This document shows, piece by piece, positions 58,851 to 64,000 of a stretch of 64,000 nt of DNA. The translations under genes and the position numbers were made by a program. Each line of letters begins with the position of its first letter. Positions within the stretch are counted from its first letter, which is position 1. The DNA comes from Epithemia pelagica. Lineage: Eukaryota; Protista; Bacillariophyta. The stretch covers positions 62,001 to 126,000 of the forward strand of contig OX337234.1 in assembly GCA_946965045.2 (NCBI GenBank). Direction: 5' to 3'. The notes under the pieces were generated by a model. The model ran no database searches and was not told the origin of the DNA. It was given only the letters and a program-made list of their open reading frames with translations.

Positions 58851-61698
58851 ATGATGAAATCATTCCACTGGTTGTTCCTGGCCTTGGCGGCTGCGGTTGA
58901 GCACCATCACCACGAGAAGAATCGCATTCCCACCTTTTCCACAGAAGACGTTTTGGAGGGTCGGGTCGACACGGCCTTGGCCGAAATTTGGCAATCGACG
59001 GGCATTTTGGCTCTCTCCATCAAAGAAGAAGAAGAAGAAGGTCATTCGGGTGCTGCATCGTCGTTTTCCACAACCGACGCGCTCCAAGGCTTGTGTCGTT
59101 GCCAGTCCGCCTTGCAAGACTATCATCATGCGCGACAAGAACAACAACAACAACACGACCAGTCACCGCAAGTCGTGCAACATGCCCCGTTGCACGACGA
59201 TGCCACCACGTGGCGCACCACCTTGGCCACGGCCACAGTGGGTACCACCCCCTTGCCCTTGTGGTTACCAAAGAAGGAGGAGGAATCCTCACCGTGGCCC
59301 TGTTCGTCCGACACCTTTACCGCCCTGGAAGAATTGCGCGATCGCGTCAGTGGGGCCACGCAAGTTTTCCTTCACGCCTTGGATCGCTATCTGGCCCAGC
59401 ATCAACGATCATTCAACCACGACCACAAGGACCAGCAGCCGTATTTGATGCGCCATGCCTATGGAGGAGGCTATCACACCGTGGCCGAATTGCAAGCGGC
59501 GGGCAATCATTTGGAACATTTTCACATTTATGACAAGGCAGCATCATCATCATCCCACAAGGCAACATTAACAACACTAGGAGATTCTGGTTCGACACCA
59601 TTTCAAGAAGAAATAGAAGATGAACAAGACCACGAGGTGGATTCCAGTCGTCCTCCTACTTTGAACTGGCATACCGATGCGGGCTTGTTTTTGAGTTTTG
59701 TGCCGGCCGTGAATTGTCATGGTGATGAGAACGACGACTCGTCCAGGAGGATGGTCGATGATTCCTTTGTCTTGCCCAATGGACAACGAGCCATTTTTGA
59801 CAATCCCAATCATGTCGTGGTATTCATGCTGGGAGCCGGAGCCCAACATTGGTTGCAACTGCCGCAGCAGCACAACCAAAACGACATGAACAAGCCCTTG
59901 CTGCAAGCCACTCGTCATGCCGTCCACATGCCGGCCGGACAGGTGCGGGCCTGGTATGGAATGAGTACGTAGGAAAGACGAAACCAATGGCCATTTTGAA
60001 ATGAGTGTAGTTTGAAACTTGTTTGGTTCTGACACGCTTCTTGTTGTCGGTGTTACTTTTTTGTTTCGCAGTGACCTTGGTACCCGACATTGCCATTGTG
60101 CAAGAACATCCAGAACCCCAAACCTTTGGAGACATGAAACGTCGACTCAGTCAACACGCCGCCGCAACAGCACGACGACAAGAGACGAGCAGCTCCCTGT
60201 TGTCGTCCACCAGTCGCCGTCGTACCTCCAGGACCAAAGATACCAACCAGCATGACGACGATCACTTGTTTTCCTGGACGCCCACCACGCAACGGACCCT
60301 GTCGATTGGATGTGGAGCCTACACCCCTGTAAGCGAGTTGGAGGAGGAATCAGATGCCAGCATGGCAAATGGGAACGGCAACGACAAGGACCAACTGCTC
60401 TTTTTGGGTGGTCGTCGTCTGCGTGCCGACCATGTCCAAAGTCCCGATGCCTGTAACAATTCGACCAATTTCTTTTGTTGGATGTCGTGCATGGACATTC
60501 CCGATGCGGGTCGGATTGAAGAGCGCTTGAACGATGGTCAATCCTTGTATTGCATGGACCCGGCCATTTACGATGGCACGGCCCATCACAAGGTAAAGGC
60601 TGCCACGGAACCCTGTGCCCAAGGCCATGTGCACAATGCCAATTGTTTGGGCCAATGGGCTCCCACGGCGCACGGGGTCACACCCTACGACTTTCCCCAA
60701 TACGACCACCACCACAGTACGAATGACGATCCTGATCCTCATAATCATGATCCTGATGATACCAACAGTACCAATGTCGACTTTTGTTATGGTGGAACCT
60801 CCATGTACATGGATGGATTTCATTGGACCGATACAACCTGTGTCATTTACTTGTTTCCTGAATGGGTCTTGTCGACCCAAGGCAAATTGGCCGCCGCCGG
60901 AATTGGAACCGTCATGTTTGGAGCGGGTTTGGAATGGGTCATTTATTGGCGCCGATGGACCATGACCAGCTTGTCGTCGTCGAGTACCAGTCGACCCCTG
61001 CGCATGGTCACATCGGGTCTCTTTTATGGCTTGCAATTGTCCATGGGATACATGCTCATGCTCGTGATCATGACCTATAGTGGGGTCTTGTACGTATCAT
61101 CATGACTCCTGACACGTGTGGTGCTGCTGCTTGGTCATTGCCCTGTTGGACTCTCAAACATGTTCTTGTGTTTGGTGTTGTTTGTTTCCACAGATTCTTT
61201 TGTACCATCATGGGGTTGGTAATGGGACATGTCTTGTTCAATAGCAAAGATGCCGTCTTTGCCCACAAGAAAAAGCCGCACGAGCAAGAGAATGACATGA
61301 CACCATCAGAAGGAGAAGGCACCAAGAATGGTCGACCCGCACATGGAACTGGATTGGCCGCCACCATGTCCACGACACGGTCGGCGGGGAGTAGTCGATT
61401 TTTGCACTTGCATGCCTTTCAAAGTCAACGCATGAATGCTGCCACGGATGACGAAGAAGTGGGAACGGCCACCTTGGATACAACGAATCCATCCACCACC
61501 TGTCCTTGCAACGGGGATAGTAGTAGTGGTGGCGGTAGCAGTCACAATGACACGGCTGCCAATAACGATTTGATTGTCGATGACAGCTCGCTCTTGGCCG
61601 CAACAACGACGACCACAAAACCATCTCGTACACCGACGGCGGAAACAGACTGGAACATTCCCGAGGGTGCAACGCCCTGTTGTCAAAATGAATTGTAA
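58851..61698 (+). CDS. Copy E: oxygenase / Cys-rich / Ctr copper transporter fusion (~878 aa) with clear signal peptide
   Basis: MMKSFHWLFLALAAA signal. Exons 58851-59964, 60072-61089, 61194-61698; introns 59965-60071 and 61090-61193. WHTDAGLFLSFVP, ATRHAV, FFCWMSC, GGTSMYMDGF, MLVIMTYS, GLVMG, ATPCC. Confidence 0.9.
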
Positions 61699-62434
61699 CG
61701 ACCAACCAGACCAATCATGCCACCAACCAAACCAAATCAATTTGCATATATTCTATACCTATATACACAAACGCTACTCCAGGTCCATTTTGACCTGTTT
61801 CGTGACGCTTGCTCACCTATTATCCCCCTCCTGCTCCTTCTTACTACTCCTAACAATAGCTAGAGCATGATAGATGATAGTAGATGATACTCATACACAT
61901 GATACGGATAGTCTCGATATTGTAGAGACATTCTTGGAAAGCGTCTCCACTCTCCACTCTCCACTCTCCACACTGGAGCCCGGCTCTCGTGAATCTGGAA
62001 GGCACAAAACACTTCAACTTCGATAATACTCAAACTCCTATACTGAAAGAATTTCTCCGTTACCCACGAGGAGCGCCCTGCGACGAGGAGTCCCCCGGGG
62101 CTATTAAAGTACTCGTATGTTAGCTTCCTGTGTCACGAGGAGTCGTGCCAGCGCACCGTAGGTAATCTTCGGTCTTCCTAAGTGATCGGTTCTCTCAATG
62201 GATACTTAGTAGTCGTGATCCTAATTAGTGTTACACAATTAAGCTTGCCCTACTTTCGATGGGGCACTAGGTAATCTTTAAATGTTTGTAAATAACCCCG
62301 TCACTTATACACACCACAACAAGATCTTCTCAGTTTTTTCTTTGCGGGAAAGAGGTTGAATAATCCAACCAAGATCTTCTTCTTCTTCTTCTGCAGTGAG
62401 AGTGAACGATAAACAGCAGAGCAGTATCATCATC

Positions 62435-64000
62435 ATGAGCAAGGTTCAGTTTGATGCAGAAGCACCAGCGGAGGAAGTTCCGATTGTGGCTATGGACGAC
62501 AACGACCATGAAGAGGAGGAGGACGAAGAACCAGAAAAGAATTCCAAGAGTTTTAAAGAAAGCATGGCCTCTTTTATCAATGCCGAAGGTCGTCCCATTC
62601 AATGGATTTACGATCGATGCAATGGTCATGAACGGGTCATGGATCCGGATTCCAAACCCTGTTGTTGTCTCATGTTCCCCAATGGGTTTTTGAAATTGGC
62701 ACCTGGTAAGAGAAAGAAAGTGACTGATGACTTGTGTGTGTGTGTGTGTGTTTGTTTGTCCTTGTTTGTTGTGTGTCGTCGAGCGAGGTTTGTGACATGC
62801 TTTTGCATTGGTTTGTTGGACTACATCTTCTGATTCGTTATGGTCGTTCCACCATTGTTTGTGTTTGCTTTCACACAGGCTTGTTGGAGTCGAATCCCTT
62901 TATGGAATGTTTTGGTCGCATTGGCTTTATTCATCCCGAATGGTTCCAGGTGCGCAAGGTGATTTTTTTGGTGGCCATGCTCATGAGTACCATTGGTTGG
63001 TCCTGCATCTTGTTGACCGACTTGAGTATTTCCAAGGATTTCAAAGTCTTGCAACATTTTCATTTTAGCAAGGGCGACGTCAAATACGGCTTTGTCGAAA
63101 GCGAAAATGGCAACTTGTCGGGCCTCGTCGAAGGCAGCACTCGCCTCTATGTGGGCTTGTCCGCCGTGGCCTGGGAACAAACCGTCATTAACGTGACCTT
63201 TGAAGATATTGACGCCATTGTCAATGCCAACCCCGGCATTACCGAAGAGGAATTTCGTCGCGATTTCGTGGATCAATTCAAGACCAAGAATCAGTTTGTC
63301 ACGGGCTTTGATGAATTTTGTGATGGAGATTCGCGGGTCTGGTTCGTCGAAGAAGACCAATGTGACAAGTGCGAAGAGGCTTCGACCAAAATGATTCGCA
63401 GGTACGTACGCGTGTGTTGTTGTTGTTGGAAAACAATCATGTGTATTGGAGTTACCCCTGTTCTTCTTTTTGTTCTCATCCTAATCGTTGCACCAATGCA
63501 AATAGTATCATCATGGCGACTGTCTTTTACTTTTTTACCTTCAAGAACGATTGGCTTCGCTTCTGGGTGAATTACGATGTCAATTGTCAAAAGTTCATGT
63601 CCGTCGCTGTCGCCTGCATTACGGTCGGATTGGCCCTCCGCACCTTTTTTACCTACCGGAACGAATGTTTTGATTCCTTTCACGACGGAGACAATTGCTT
63701 TTTCATCAATGGGACCCGTGTGGACTGTACCATTTATGATACCATTGCCGATGACGATACCGTACCACTCACGCCGGAAGAAGAAGAATTGTTGGCGAGT
63801 GTTTCCACAGCCAATTTGGATTGGGATGCTGGTCCGTGTTATATTTTGTTGGGCGGTGCCGTCTTTATTCGACTCTTTAGCATGTTGTGCAACTTGACCG
63901 TACCCACCCCGCCCATTACCCGCAATCGCGAAATGCAATGGGAATACGAACGCATCGCCCAAGAACAAGATGCCAAGGAACCGAATTTGCGTAAAAGCGA
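62435..64000 (+). CDS. Partial multi-pass (about 4 TM) hypothetical membrane protein, runs off window end
   Basis: Exons 62435-62705, 62879-63401, 63506->64000; GT-AG introns 62706-62878 and 63402-63505 keep the frame. Hydrophobic segments alternate with Cys-containing loops (FCDG..CDKC, DVNCQK, CFDSF). Confidence 0.75.

Overview
Eukaryotic, most likely pennate-diatom-like, genomic DNA: short GT-AG introns, microsatellite-derived low-complexity proteins, CoDi-type copia element, cyclase-PDE fusion gene. The main signal is a family of five spliced paralogues (A 12694-16662 minus; B 37653-41080, C 43526-46627, D 47925-51398, E 58851-61698 plus). Each encodes one 880-1200 aa protein: N-terminal hydrophobic segment, an IPNS-like Fe(II)/2-oxoglutarate oxygenase fold with an intact HxD...H triad, a polybasic site, a Cys-rich module, and a complete Ctr/SLC31 copper-transporter domain. 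All five share the same two intron positions and splice to open frames. The window also holds an intact recent Ty1/copia LTR retrotransposon (1094-9393) with an extra upstream ORF and a non-canonical PBS resembling a tRNA-Asn anticodon arm. A full-length but disabled APE-RT-RNaseH LINE (28067-36311) has a 17-bp TSD and an oligo-T tail in sense orientation, and sits just upstream of thiamine pyrophosphokinase. Other features: SPO11-3/TOP6A, a frameshifted PPR gene, a membrane cyclase-phosphodiesterase, a candidate MITE, local tandem duplications and two partial genes at the window edges. All calls come from motif recognition by eye; no database search was run.
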